Part shown: positions 50,667-64,000 of the stretch, piece by piece | Layout of the letters: the number at the start of each line of letters is the position of its first letter | Numbering within the stretch: the stretch's first letter is position 1 | Assembly (NCBI RefSeq): GCF_021869535.1 | Contig: NW_026262734.1 | Coordinates: 106,702,001 to 106,766,000, forward strand | Length of the DNA: 64,000 bases | Source of the DNA: Mytilus californianus | Taxonomy: Eukaryota | Direction: 5' to 3' | Notes under the pieces: model-generated | Database searches by the model: none | What the model saw: the letters and a program-made list of their open reading frames with translations, nothing else | What the model was told of the DNA's origin: nothing | Translations under genes and position numbers: made by a program

Positions 50667-52803
50667 TAGGTTGCAATTCTGTAAATACAGACAATGCAAT
50701 TTCCCATAGGAACTCCCTTTGCGGCTAAAACTGTGACACTTTTACTATGAAGTTTTGTGAAAAATAATATCCCAGAACGGAAAGTTTATATGCACTACTA
50801 TTTTATTCAAAGGTCAAAATATAGGGCTGTGCGGCATATTTTCAACATTTATATGCCCTGAACTTCTAAGAGTTTAAACTTATACTAAAATTCTATACTA
50901 CCCTTACCTCCATTTTTGGACCTCCTAAGAATTAAAATTTAGCCGCTACCATGTTTATCTATACTGGTTACATTCCCAAGTGATGTCTCTATGAGATGAA
51001 ACACAGAGATCATCAATGGGAACCAGTACGTTAACAAATTAACATACCTATGAATATTAAATATCTCCCCAAAAGAGGCGTGGTTTGAGAACAGCTTTAT
51101 TTACAAAGTGCAACCTATACAAACATTTATTCAAATAGAAAACTCTCTAAAAACACTTTTTCTCACAACAATACTTATTTATCAGAATTATAGCCTTAAA
51201 GAAATCACTGCATATACTCTAAGTCTCCTTTTACAGTACATTTTATACCCCTACCCCTGTTTCAATCTTTTAAAGATTTCGAAAACAAGACTCTAATTAT
51301 TGCCAGCTTACCCTATGTGCATGTTTTCTGACATGAACTGTCTAAAACCTGTTTGAAACTATTCTGATAACAAATTGAAAGCATTTTAGAATACTATAAA
51401 TGTATTGTTTAGTAGTTAAGCATTCCAACATTCAAGATTATACAAAGTATCCAATCCTGCCTGTGTCTCCAGTCCACATCTTACTGTATGCCTATTTGTC
51501 AATGAAAGTTCACAATTTCTGCCTCAAATAGTCAGTTTAGAATTCTTGTCACAACAGTATCATCCCTAACCATATATCTAACATAAGTTAGTTAATATAT
51601 GTCCTAGAAGTGTTTAAACAAAGGCATATTTGCAAAAGTTGTATTTATGAAGATATCAGTCTGGTGCATAAATTCACTAAAAGTTTGATTGAAATGACTG
51701 CTTACATCTGATTTTTGCATAACTTCCTAGCACAGTTATTGTTTACTTTATAAAAGACCTTTAAAATAAAAAAATCATAGCATTTACAAGTTAAATTATC
51801 TGTTTTATGACTCAGGGGTAGGCATTTTCCTCTGTTTTTTGCCCCTGGGGCCTCACATTTCCTAATTTTTTTTACCTGTTTCTAGCAATGTGAAATATTT
51901 ACTACATATTTAGGATAGAACACACTATTGTAAGTTTTACTGAGGTCTTTTTGTAATTCTAGCTTGTACTTTTTTATGCCGCAGTCACAAAAAAGCACAT
52001 TTAGGCGTTACGGCTTACTTTTGGGTTATCGACAGGACAAAAACACCCCACCAGAAATATTTAGGAAGGATCAATGAGTTGCAATTACTGCGAAGAGTAA
52101 ATATAAGCACTTCTAAACAATTTAAATTACAAATAGGCATATATTATGAATTTATTTTGAATTCAGGGCTTTAAGTAAACCATGCATACTGTAAACTGTG
52201 AATTTATGCTGAGTCATCATAGTTAAGGCCCAGGATTTTCTCAATCTTCATGAAATATTTATAAAACTTCATATTTGAGTTAAATTCTTTAAAATCTCTG
52301 AGATAAACCAGATTTTGTGAAATTCTGTATGTTCTATTTTTTAACCCTATATAGGTTGCAATTCTGTAAATACAGACAATGCAATTTCCCATAGGAACTC
52401 CCTTTGCGGCTAAAACTGTGACACTTTTACTATGAAGTTTTGTGAAAAATAATATCCCAGAACGGAAAGTTTATATGCACTACTATTTTATTCAAAGGTC
52501 AAAATATAGGGCTGTGCGGCATATTTTCAACATTTATATGCCCTGAACTTCTAAGAGTTTAAACTTATACTAAAATTCTATACTACCCTTACCTCCATTT
52601 TTGGACCTCCTAAGAATTAAAATTTAGCCGCTACCATGTTTATCTATACTGGTTACATTCCCAAGTGATGTCTCTATGAGATGAAACACAGAGATCATCA
52701 ATGGGAACCAGTACGTTAACAAATTAACATACCTATGAATATTAAATATCTCCCCAAAAGAGGCGTGGTTTGAGAAACAGCTTTATTTACAAAGTGCAAC
52801 CTA
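50667..52803. mobile_element. Composite insertion: MITE (50667-51117), 1.23 kb cargo, MITE (52352-52803), TA target duplication
   Basis: The empty site ctgtta-TA-aaaagccc is present at 30205-30220. The two MITE copies differ by one base. Confidence 0.88.
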
Positions 52804-53076
52804 TAAAAAGCCCGACGTAAAGACTTAAGGGATACAAAACAGACATACAACAAACACAGGGCAAAAACAGAGATTGTAAGAAATCTAAGTAAAACCATAG
52901 CAGGGGGCAATAATAAAAATAGCAAGCGTGGATGAGTATTTATACATCCAAACACCATAATATTTAATTAACATTTAAGAACAAAGATATAATAAACATG
53001 TGAAAGCTCTCTCACAGGCAAACAACCCATAATTGTAAAATATAAGGGCATACATCACAAGCACGATAAGCTATTA

Positions 53077-53441
53077 TAGGTTGCACTTCTGTAAATATAG
53101 ACAATGCAATTTCCCATAGAAACTCCCTTTATGGCTAAAACTGTGCCACTCTTACCATGAAGTTTCGTAAAAAATTATATCCTAGAATGGAAAGTTGATA
53201 TTCACTACTATTTTATTCAAAGGTCAAAACATAAGACTGTGCGACATATTTTCAACATTTATATGCCCCGGACTTCTAAGAGTTTTAACTTATACTAAAA
53301 TTCTGTACTACCCTTCCCTTCACTTTGGGTCTTCCCCAGAAGTTACTATGTTTATTTATACTGGTAACATTCCCAAGTTATGTCTCTACGAGATGAAACA
53401 TAGAGATCATTTCTTGGAACCAGTACATTAACAACACAAAT
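53077..53441. mobile_element. Truncated MITE, paralog of 30492-30930
   Basis: Left TIR present; right part deleted up to the (TA)n tract. Confidence 0.8.
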
Positions 53442-53867
53442 ATATATATATTTAGGTTAGGATATGATAAAGTTCAACCGTTAGTGTCAGTAAAATCAGA
53501 TTCTTTTTTCGGGGAATTCTTTGATCTGATTCTAAACATGTATAAAACGATTTTTTTTGTCAATAACATAGTGTTTGTACATAAACATGACGATTCTGAC
53601 GCTATTATGAGAAGTTACAGATCATTTAAAGCTACTTTTAATTATTTCTTTTTAAAAATGTAACTGAAATTAAATCTTGAGCAATAATCTCAAAAACAAA
53701 TGAAGAAAACAATAATCTATTCATTACTAAACAGTCCAACAGTTTGAATTTTGTTTTTATGATCTCGCATTTTTTTCCTCTTTGTTGGGTATTTAAGCTT
53801 ATCACAACCGAAACGAAAAAAAATATTCGAACAGACCGTTCTGTGCACACGTGCTTGTCTTTGAATC

Positions 53868-55649
53868 ATGACTGAAAAGAAGAGAACGCATGTTGAAATT
53901 TCAGTAGAGGAACAACTACTTATTGTACGGGGATATGTAAATAACAGATTCAATTGGCCATCTGTTTACGCAGAAGTAAAAAAGATCATGGAAAGATTGA
54001 CAGAAAAATGCCAAGCTCTTTACAAAGATAGACCATTTAAGAAGATAAAAAGAAGAATGTCGGATCAAATAACAAAGTTGGCATTTAAAGATCCAGTCTC
54101 TATACAAAACGAAAAACTGAGGCGGTTTATTGCTGAAATAAAAACAAATGATAGGCGATACACTAAAAAATGTCATCCAAACGAAATGAGACCTAAAGCG
54201 AAATACCAAAAGGTAGTTTTATATATATAAGTTACAGTTTCAAGTTTTAAGAAAAGGTATCGAAGCTCATAACCACCACCTGTTTTTAAGTTTCATCATG
54301 AAAATTCAAGAAATGTTGAAAATTCAAGAAAATGTGTTGAAAATATGTTGAAAATTCAAAAAACATTTTTTTTTAATTTTCAAGAAACTTTGCTTAAATT
54401 TAAAAAAACTATGTTTTAAAAATTCACGGAAAAAAGCTGAAAATTCTTAAAAACTATTTTAAAATTTTAAGAAACTATGCTCTGTGTTTTCAAGAAACTT
54501 TCATGAAAATTTAATAAAATCTGTTGAAATTTCAACATATTTTCTTAAATTCCACTCAGTTTCTTGAATTTTCAACTAAGATTCTTGAAATTGCAACGTT
54601 GTTACTCGAGTTTTCAAAATCACAAAAAAAAAAATACATTCGAATCCTCTTTTTCTTTAGATACATCCCGGACCCCCTCCCCCCCCCCCTCATCTCAAAT
54701 GCTTGATGCTTAAAAATACGGGTTTTCTATCTGTTTTCATGAATAGTATGTTCATACATGTTACACTCGTCGCCCTGTATAATAATTTGTGTTAAATAAA
54801 TAATATTCAATTTACTGGTAAGTTGGGTTTTCTTTTTTACAGAGAGGTAGTGGTGAACTTGAAGCTGATAATAGAAAAGTTGCGATTCCAATAGATGATG
54901 AGATGGATCCTGTTCCAAATGATCAGGCGGCGTTGAATCATGATCAGGCAGTGGTGAATAATGATTAGGCGGTGATGAATCACGATCAGGCGATGGTGAA
55001 AAATTATCAGGCTGTGGTGAATAGTGATCAGTCGTTGGTGAATAATGATCAGGCGGTGGTGAATAATGATCAGGCGGTGGTAAATAATGATCAGGCTGTG
55101 GTGAATTATAATCAGACATTGGTGAATAATGATCAGGCGGTGGTGAATAATGATCAGGCGGTGGTGAATAATGATCAGGCGGTGGTGAATTATAATCAGA
55201 CATTGGTGAATAATGATCAGGCGGTGGTGAATAATGATCAGGCGGTGGTGAATAATGATCAGGCGGTGGTGAATTATAATCAGACATTGGTGAATAATGA
55301 TCAGGCGGTGGTGAATAATGATCAGGCGGTGGTGAATAATGATCCGGCGGTGGTGAATTATAATCATACATTGGTGAATAATGATCAGGGGTTGTTGAAT
55401 AATGATCAGGCGGTGTTGAATAATGATCCGGCAGTGGTGAATATTAATCCGGCGGTGGAAAATAATGATCAGGCGGCGAATGAAAATGTACAACAGGACA
55501 ATCAAAACAACTACCCAACCCCACCAAAGGGGAAACCTATTTCAGAACTTGCAAGAGATGCATATGAAAAGTATATAAAGATGCAGGAACGTGTACCGCA
55601 ATTCGAAGATATAATGTCGAAGTGTATGGACAAATGTTTGTCTATGTAA
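53868..55649 (+). pseudogene. Two-exon Myb/SANT-like plus NNDQAVV heptad-repeat gene with one premature stop
   Basis: Exon 53868-54212, intron GTAGTT...ttttttacAG 54213-54842, in-phase exon 54843-55649; single TAG at 54966-54968 (CAG to TAG). Confidence 0.55.
54917..55480 (+). repeat. 21-bp minisatellite, unit 2 copy
   Basis: About 27 units of the NNDQAVV/NYNQTLV repeat. Confidence 0.95.
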
Positions 55650-56673
55650 AATGATTTCAATATGATTGATTTATACGAAATCTCTTTGTTTTTTGTTTGC
55701 CAGCTTTTTAGATAAATAAACGGTAGAATCGTTTGAAAATAATGGATTTATTTAAATTTAATAGGTGTTCAGTTTACATAGAACGAAGCAGTCAAGGTTT
55801 TCGTTGTATAAGGATATATGATGTTAATTTTCAAGAGAGTGTACGAGTAGTCTAACTCGGAATAAATTTAAGACGGGTTTCTCATTTGCTCTAGGTAAGT
55901 GTATACAAGTTTTTATGCTCTGCTTTATTGAATGATGAAAATGCACAGGTCTGATAAAGTTTAACCAAAGAGGACAATTTGATTGCCGAGGAGGTAGATT
56001 TTTTGTGACTTGAAAAGGTTTCATTTAAATGTTTCGGGATTTTGAAAATTTAATTTTAATTTCTAAAGGATAAAAAGTTTGTTGCGGAATGTATGAGAGA
56101 AAAAATGCTTTTCCACCTTTGGTATCAATGTTTGTTTCAAACAAAACAAAAAACAACACATAAGGACATAATAATTTAAAAGCTCAATCCCCCCACTAGG
56201 AATAAAAGTTCTTAAGTATTATCAGCTCACAACTAATTATGTTTTTCTGTTGGCATTATCAGATTTAAAGATTAATGTCGACAAACGGTTTTGCCAAAAT
56301 AAAAACAAAAAGTCGATCATATGGGGTGATTGTACATGATACAAAAAGGATATATTCTATTGTATCGTATTTAATTGCATTAAAAAGTTCTTGTGAACTC
56401 TTCAAAAATTGTCATATTCCGACTTCGTGACGTCGAAAAGTATGATTGGACATTGGTATGAGCTGACCCGAACTTATTAACTTCTGTTTGACCCGAATTA
56501 AATTTAGTTTGACAAGAAACTGTTGACATTTCAAGAAACTATGTTGAAAATTTTAGAAAATATGTTGAAATATCATGAAACAAGTTTCTTGAAATTTAAC
56601 ATAGTTTCTTACTTTTATGGCTCGCGGCTGATATTTTGATATATCAATGTGCAAACTATATAGTTAAAGAAAG

Positions 56674-57111
56674 GAGCCCTGTTGGTCTAATACAGATATA
56701 GAGTTGTGGTTTTTCAAGTCAAGCGCTGATGATGTAAAGTCCAGTGCCGCGGATCTAAAGTCAAGTGCTGTAGATGTAAAGTCCAGCGCTGTAGATGCAA
56801 AGTCCAGCGCTGTAGATCTAAAGTCTAGCGCTGTAGATCTAAAGTACAGCGCTGTAGATCTAAAGTCAAGCGCTGTAGATCTAACGTCTAGCGCTGTAGA
56901 TGTAAAGTCCAGTGCTGGATATGTAAAGTCCAGTGCTGTAGATTTAAAGTGCACTTTACATCTGAAGCGCTGGACTTCAAATATCCAGCGCTTGACTTAA
57001 CATCTCCAACGCTTGACTTTAGATCTACATCTACAGCGCTAGACTTTACATTCCCAGCGCGCTGGACTTTAAAAACCACAACTCTATATCTTCATGAGAC
57101 CAACAGGGCTC
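56674..57111. mobile_element. Foldback-type MITE with 21-bp arrays, unit 2 copy
   Basis: Paralog of 35033-35449, with about one extra unit. Confidence 0.85.
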
Positions 57112-57818
57112 TGTATTAAAGAGATATAGACTAAGTATACTGTCAGTGAACACACCTTTGATAGTGACGAAGATCATAGAAAGTTATTTTATGTTGGTAT
57201 TAAGATCAAAATATGAGTAAACTATAAGTCACAGCTATGAATTCAAGGATGGTCCGTTTAAAGTTATTAATTACATTTTATGCAGGAATGGCTGCAAAGG
57301 TTTTGCGTGGATTTATAGGCCAAATAAGACTAATATATCAGCAGTGCACATGGCCTTAGCTAGTTCTAAAAGTTCAAACAAAATAGAGTAATCTTATCCT
57401 ATTCTATTTTGTGGACAAATAACAAAAAATGTCTTTTGAAAGTCACAGAGAAATGAAATTTTGTCACTTCATTAACAAAGGTAGTAAAAAAGGTCTAATA
57501 CAAAAACTCGTTAACCATAACACATTTTTCATATATCCTGATTCATGTTGATACATGTATAAGTGTAAAGCAAATTTGATAAAAAAAAAATTATATTTAA
57601 TAAAAACGTATAAAGAGATAAGATGTCGGTTAAGACATTTTAATTCCTTTATTCATCCACACATTCATTCGATAGTATTCAATAATAAATATTAGGAACC
57701 ACTCCTAACAGTAAGAAAAGACGGCATGTTTATGCTTTCTTTGATATATATGTCGTAAACACCGCTATTTATTCATTTGTTTTTAAATGATTTTTTGGGA
57801 ATTATTTACAGACATATA

Positions 57819-57893
57819 GACCTTCTGCTGTTGTCTGTTCTATGGTCGGGTTGTTGTCTCTTTGACACATTCCCCATTTCCATTCTCAATTTT
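57819..57893 (+). mobile_element. 75-bp 5'-truncated retro-insertion with ATATA target duplication
   Basis: Matches the 3' end of 41572-41900; empty site acagacATATAaagg at ~36132-36146. Confidence 0.8.
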
Positions 57894-60800
57894 ATATAAA
57901 GGTGCACTCGATATATCGTAACGTAATAGAGTTTTTTGTATTCTTATTGAAAGTATGAGTGCTACAGCACCAACAAAACTGATAGTCACATAGTTATTAA
58001 CATGTACATTTGTTTTTTAAAATACATGCCTAAAATAGATAGAAACAAATAGGAAATAAAAACAGAAGAAAATTTAAAAAAATTGTCATAAAAGCTCAAC
58101 GAAAACAATAAACAAGAAAACAAAACGAATTATATTTATACTAATATGTGTAAGATAATATAACATACAAAAAAAGAATAAGAAAGGCCATGAAAACAAA
58201 ACAAACAAAAAAAAACAAAAAACAAAAAAACAATACATTACATAACATCATTTTTCAAGTAGACTGTTTTTTTTTTAAATATTTATTTCAATATTTCCCT
58301 TTATTTATCTTCTTGCCAATTTGTCTAGAAAATACATCAGTATTAATCATTTAAAGTAAAGAAGTGACCATTTGGATTTTAGAGGTTTGGGGCAACAAAG
58401 TTATCTCGGATCCGAGAATGTTTTTTTCTAATTAAAAACCGTTTTTTCCTAGAGGCCTTCACTCCTAGATTTGATTTACCTCTTTTTATTTGCGCAGGAC
58501 TTTTAACCTTTGATCTGAGCCTAGATAAGTTTTCAAAAAGAGTCATTGCCCCTCCCATCCCAACAAAAAAAAAGACACTAAGTACAGATCTGAGAGTACT
58601 CGCAATCAATATAATATGTCTACAACTCAAAATGGTTTAAAAGAACCCTGCATGTATATTTTTGTGTAAAAGACATTTCTAACGGAAGTACACAGCCGAT
58701 AGTCCAAAATTATTGAATAAATGAATGCTCCCTCTTTTCTCGTTACGGCATGTTACGTCAAGTAATGGCGATTTTCGTCAGTTCGTAAGATGTTGAGATA
58801 CCTCTACTACGACGAATATGTTCCAATCGTCGTAACCAATCCCGTCCTCATTTTCCTCGAATGTGACCTAGCAAATTAGACTTTTCACCGGGGTTTTACT
58901 TCTGAGCAACACGACGGGTGGCATATGTGGAGCAGGATCTGTTTTCCCATCCGTAGCATATCAAATCTAGTTTTGTTTTAAAAGGGCTCGTGCTGCTCTT
59001 GCTTTAGTTTAAACTGTTGTTCTCTATAGTTTTTCCTATTTTGTAATGTTTTCGTTGTTTATACCGGTAACAGTCTTTAGTCTATCCTCTGTCATGAAAA
59101 TTATCTATTTTAGATTTTAGATGTCGGGCAGGTTGATGGATAAAACCATTGATTTTACGTTCGTTGCGTTGCCCAATTCCTAATCTGCTGTACAATTTTA
59201 TTATAATGAGACATTTATTATATTTCCCTAGGAATGAATCTTTTGGCACAATTGGACAACTTCACAATAAAATCTATGACAAACGGGAAGATTTCAACTT
59301 CCCAATTATCAATTTCCAATTTCTCAGCAGTAACATACCCTCTGCACCATCGTATGGTGTTTATATATCTCAGTTGATGAGTTATGCTCATGCATGTTTA
59401 CACTATACGGACTTCATATACAGGAGTGTGCTCCTTACGCAGAAACTGCTCCAACAGAGTTATGAGGAGGCAAGATTAAAAATGACACGCCGAACATTTT
59501 ATGGACACCATCACAAATTGGTTGATCTATACAATGTGTCTGTGTCTAAACTAACTATAGACATTTTTACCACGTCTTAGCTTGTGGTTTACCATCGACG
59601 TCGTCTAGTCTGCTCAGTACTGAATGTGACCTATTCCCGAATATGACTATTTTTGTCGAGTGTGAATTCGCATTGCTATTAAACGTGTCTCGGTATTTAT
59701 ACATCCAACATTCATGTATTTAGTTATGATGTGTCTTTTTTAAGTATGGTTGGATATTGTGTTATGTCTTATCGTTTGTGATTTGAATTATATTTTTATT
59801 TTCTATATGTATGTAAAAGTTCAGATAATTAATCAGCTAGTTCATTTATATGATTTTTAGTTTAAAGCAACTATATGCACAGGATTTATTTGTTTTTACA
59901 CAGTTTTGATTTAGAAGAAAAAAACCTACATGGTTAGAAAGTACAAATAATTACACCATTACTAACACAATTTCATATTAATATTCTTGTAATGGTTAGA
60001 AAATACATAAAATTACACCATTACAAACTTAATCCCAATTGTATATACTATTTTTTTAAATTTACCTGTGGTGTCACTTTTTGTGGCGTTGATACATTTG
60101 TGTGACGGACAGTTCGTAATTCTATTGTGGTGTACTGGTGTACTGTCGTACATTAATGGGAGGTATCCGTTGTTCTTCTGTGGTTTACATGTTATAATGT
60201 ACTTTTATGTTATTTATTAATGTATTTCTCTGTTTTGAGTGTTCTTGCGTTTATTTGTACTGTATTCCTGTCATGTAATGTTGTCATTTTAACGGTATTT
60301 CTAGCATTGTCATATAATCGGGAGGTTTGGCTAGCCATAAAACCAGGTTCAACCCACCATTTTTTCTTAAAATGTCCTGTACCAAGTCAGGAATATGGCA
60401 GTTGTTATCAAATAGTCTGTTTCTATGTATGTTGGCGTTTGTTTTTATAGCAGTTCAGTGTTTCTGTTGTTCCGTTGTTTTCCTCTTATAGTTAATGTGT
60501 TTCCCTCGGTTTTGGTTAGTGACCCGGATTAGTTTTCGCTTAATCGATTTATGACTATTAAACAGCGGTATACTACTGTTGCCTTTATTTGGTGCTTACC
60601 ATTTGATGTTATTTAAAGTTAGATATTAGTAAAAGATGTGATGACTGTGCCAATGTGACATAGTTTGTTCAAAAATTTTAGGACTACTTGTATGTCATCC
60701 CAATATAGACCCATTCAATCGTTCGAGGTTGAAAACCTTAGTTATGGTGTTGCTGACAATATGGTATGGGTTTTGCTAATTGTTGAAGGTTGTATATAGT

Positions 60801-63530
60801 TGTTTACTTCTACGTCATTTGGATATATTGCATTGACAGTCGCACCACATCCTTATATTTTCATATACATGTATACATCTTTCATGTTATTCATTATATG
60901 TAAGTGTTTCTGATGGTGAAATTTTAAACATGTTTTCCTCCCTGCCAAAATTTAAAAAAAAGAATAAAAGTTTATTTTCATCGCTTTGAAATTCAAGTCC
61001 GTATTTGTAAGATTGTCCACTTAAAAGCTGAAGTAACTTAAATATAAAAGTTTACAAATAATTATTGTCCAATAAGACAAGAGAGATAACCCAGATTATT
61101 ACTATAATCAAATCATTACATTATTCTATGCGTGGAAAAAAGAAAAAAAAATGTATTTGCAGATAAACATATAAATAGTAAATAGTTTATCAAACATAAA
61201 ACTTATATGAAAAAGACATAACTACGCATAGAAAATGAATCATATAGTTGATGTTAAATACAGTGTGTTTTTGCAATGCAAAGCTTCTATCTGAATTGAA
61301 TGTGAGCGAAATGTCGAAAAAAATTAATAGCAAATTTTTGAGAAAAACATTCAGATTAAATATAGCGTTAGCATACCAACGTCAGATAAACATTGTGTCA
61401 AAGAACAACCAGGCAATAGTGATCATCGATTTTTAACACAATGTATAAACATGGTTACCATCTCCTGCTTTGGACCCCATGTTGTGTGTCTCTGTCTATA
61501 CGTCATTTCACGGAGAAGATGGATGCAGGTGGTTTTTGTTATCTTTTGTACTTACAAATATTTGGGTGATTCCTTTTTATCCTTTGTATGTTGAATTTTG
61601 TATGAAGCATTTTATATTCCGCCGAATATCAGAAAACCTTAGCAATAACTTTGATTTTAATGTAAATAAACCATTATGTGCATCAAACTGATATTCAAAT
61701 ATTTTTTTATATTTTAGTATTTATAGTATAGCTATTATTATTGTTTTATTTTTTCAATCTATTGCGATCATTAATGTGTGTCATAGTATATGCATATATT
61801 TATTGTTAATAAATGCGCTTCCTACTATGTCTGTTTTGGGTTGCTCACCTTTACCCCCCAATATAACGGAACTACAAACAACTGTCATACAAAAGGGAGG
61901 TATAACTAGCTATTTACCTAGGTAAGACCCACCATTTTCTTCGCAAAATGCCTGTAACAAATCAGGAATATGACAGTCGTTTTTCACTAGTCCCGTTGAT
62001 TGAGAGCGTTTGATTTTGTCAGTTTTTAGGGACTTCCCCGTTTTTGAATTTGCCTTGGATATCAGTATTTTTGTTATACTTTTTTTACGTCAAAATTTGC
62101 TTTTAAAATAATTGAACCAATATATTTTAAATAACATTATTATTGACCTTGAACAGTTTTGACATTGTTAAGGTAGATACAGAAACATATCAAACCGGAA
62201 GTTACATCTGGTCTTTCTAAATTGAACAAAAATTTGTGTCTGCATGTTATTGAATCCTGACCAATAGAAACCGATTAAAAATAAAGTCATTACAGTTTTC
62301 ATTATGACCAAATAAGTAAAGCTTAAACCCATAGCAAAAGAGAAAATGATGATTCAAGAATATGATACACAATTCACAATTAACCACAACACTAAAACCT
62401 GTATCTGTCCCTGCAACATTGATCGGAAATATCTAGTTATCGGAATCGCTCATATAGCTAAATTTGTTACTATTTGTATCACACTTTAAACGGCACATTA
62501 TCTACTTAATTCATATAAACTTTTGTGGTAAATGTCCTAGATAAATAGAAGTGTCAAGGCTGATTAATGTGTAAATGCTACATTTTCATTGATTTGTTCT
62601 ATATGTTTCGTCATACTAACTCCCTTGTCACCAGTTAGTTTTACATAACGTAAATAGTAAACTTCATTCTGATTAAAATTTTGGTGTGAATAAGAGTCAA
62701 ACCTATTTCCGTTGTACGATGTTTGCTTTTGTAGGTATGATTGTGTTTAATTGTTTAAGTTATTCCCCATTCTTTTTTTTAACAAGATATATAGTTGGAA
62801 CTTATTAAGGTCTGTAAGATCAACCCACAGATTGCTTTTCCTTATAACTATTAGATATAAAAACAATTGTGTTATTCTTAATCTTCTTTTAAAAAAAATC
62901 AAGGAAATTATACAATTTCAGTTTAGTGTGTTCTATCCTCAACTGTTTTTCAAATGTAAAAAAAATTTTTTACAGTTCATACGAACTATTTGCTCCATTT
63001 ATAATTTCTTCACATTATACATGTATATGATAATTATCTCCACGCAGTTCATGGTTTTAAGTGTTTCAGTATTTTACAATGAGATTTTGATGCAAGTTTC
63101 GAAAATGAAAATTTGTTACGTTTTATTTTGCCAGTAAAAATATGTAATTTGTTGATATTACACTGTATCGTGTACATTACGTCGCACCTAACTCTTATGC
63201 ATTACTGTGGCCCTTCTTGAAATTTGCTGTTATGCATAATGTTTGACGTCGTGTTTAAGGCTTTGCGACTAAGAACTACATTTTCTTTCCCGTTCCGTTA
63301 CCTTTATGTTTTTGGATCTTTCTCGAATGCAACAATTATGTATTTCTATGCATTAGTGTAAACACTTTTTTCTTTCAGTAGAAAATTACAGAAAGAAACA
63401 AAACAACAGCAAATAAAATAACAAGCTTCAATATTTTCTTTCTTTGTGGTATGGGTTTTTATCATTGTTGAATGCTTCTAAATGACCTATAGTTTCTAAC
63501 ATCTAGGTAATATTGTTTCTGGTATAATTG

Positions 63531-64000
63531 ATTGATTCGAGGTGTCGTAAATTATTTTACTGAAGGTAGGCGATTTTGGTATATTTTGTCATGGTTGACC
63601 AAATTCAATACAGTTCTACATATGTTAAATATATATAACTACGTGTATATACAAGTCACATTGTACCTGAAGATCTATGAAAGCAGTGAACGTGCTAGTA
63701 AATGTAACGAACTGAATACGTTAATATGTTTAATTTTAATATAAATTACAAGCATACGCATTCTACTGAATTTTTCTTTATGTATAAACGTTCACAAATC
63801 TCTCACGACGACATTAATTGCACATGTTAAACAAGTATCAATAAAATACCGAACTCTAAGGCAATTCAAAAAGGGTTAGTCCATAAAAAAAACGACAAAA
63901 TCAAACGTGAGCCTTTATCAACTAACAGAACAAAAGGAAAACAACCGTCATATTCTCGACTTGTACATGCATTTATCGAAGAAAATGGTGAGTAAAACCT
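63531..64000 (+). repeat. Start of tandem unit 3 (IL-17 upstream region)
   Basis: Colinear with 24708-25180 up to the window end. Confidence 0.92.

Larger units (their letters stand above)
41904..63440 (+). repeat. Tandem duplication unit 2 (contains IL-17 copy 3)
   Basis: Begins at tgtccgttccatcg, equal to 25604; ends at atattttctt, equal to 41570. Confidence 0.92.

Noticed and set aside
5763-64000. Duplications as simple assembly duplication of identical sequence
   Set aside because: Copies differ by many substitutions and by copy-specific insertions and deletions. Haplotype concatenation is still not excluded.

Overview
AT-rich eukaryotic genomic DNA, probably from a bivalve mollusc (Mytilus-like; this is inferred from repeat style and IL-17 type, not proven). 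The only intact host genes are three two-exon interleukin-17-like genes (9883-10704 minus, 26131-26977 plus, 42427-43273 plus). They arose by an ~11 kb inverted duplication and then a tandem duplication of a ~17-22 kb unit. A fourth unit starts at 63531, so another IL-17 is predicted just past the window end. All three proteins lack both partners of one canonical IL-17 disulfide. The rest is mostly Penelope-like retroelements of the Naiad type (GIY-YIG endonuclease N-terminal to RT), their 3' tails, MITEs and minisatellites. The most notable signal is a Naiad (47511-50664 minus, partial duplicate 28089-30489) with four in-frame TGA codons at Cys-equivalent positions, a canonical SECIS hairpin (48189-48246) and, 3' of that, a circularly permuted (type P5) twister-ribozyme fold (47770-47851). 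The same fold, with covarying stems, recurs in at least four other unrelated repeat tails. Also present: hammerhead-like motifs next to the IL-17 poly(A) signals, a composite MITE-cargo-MITE insertion, and a spliced Myb-like/heptad-repeat pseudogene. All RNA folds, alignments and counts were done by eye; none was computed or tested.
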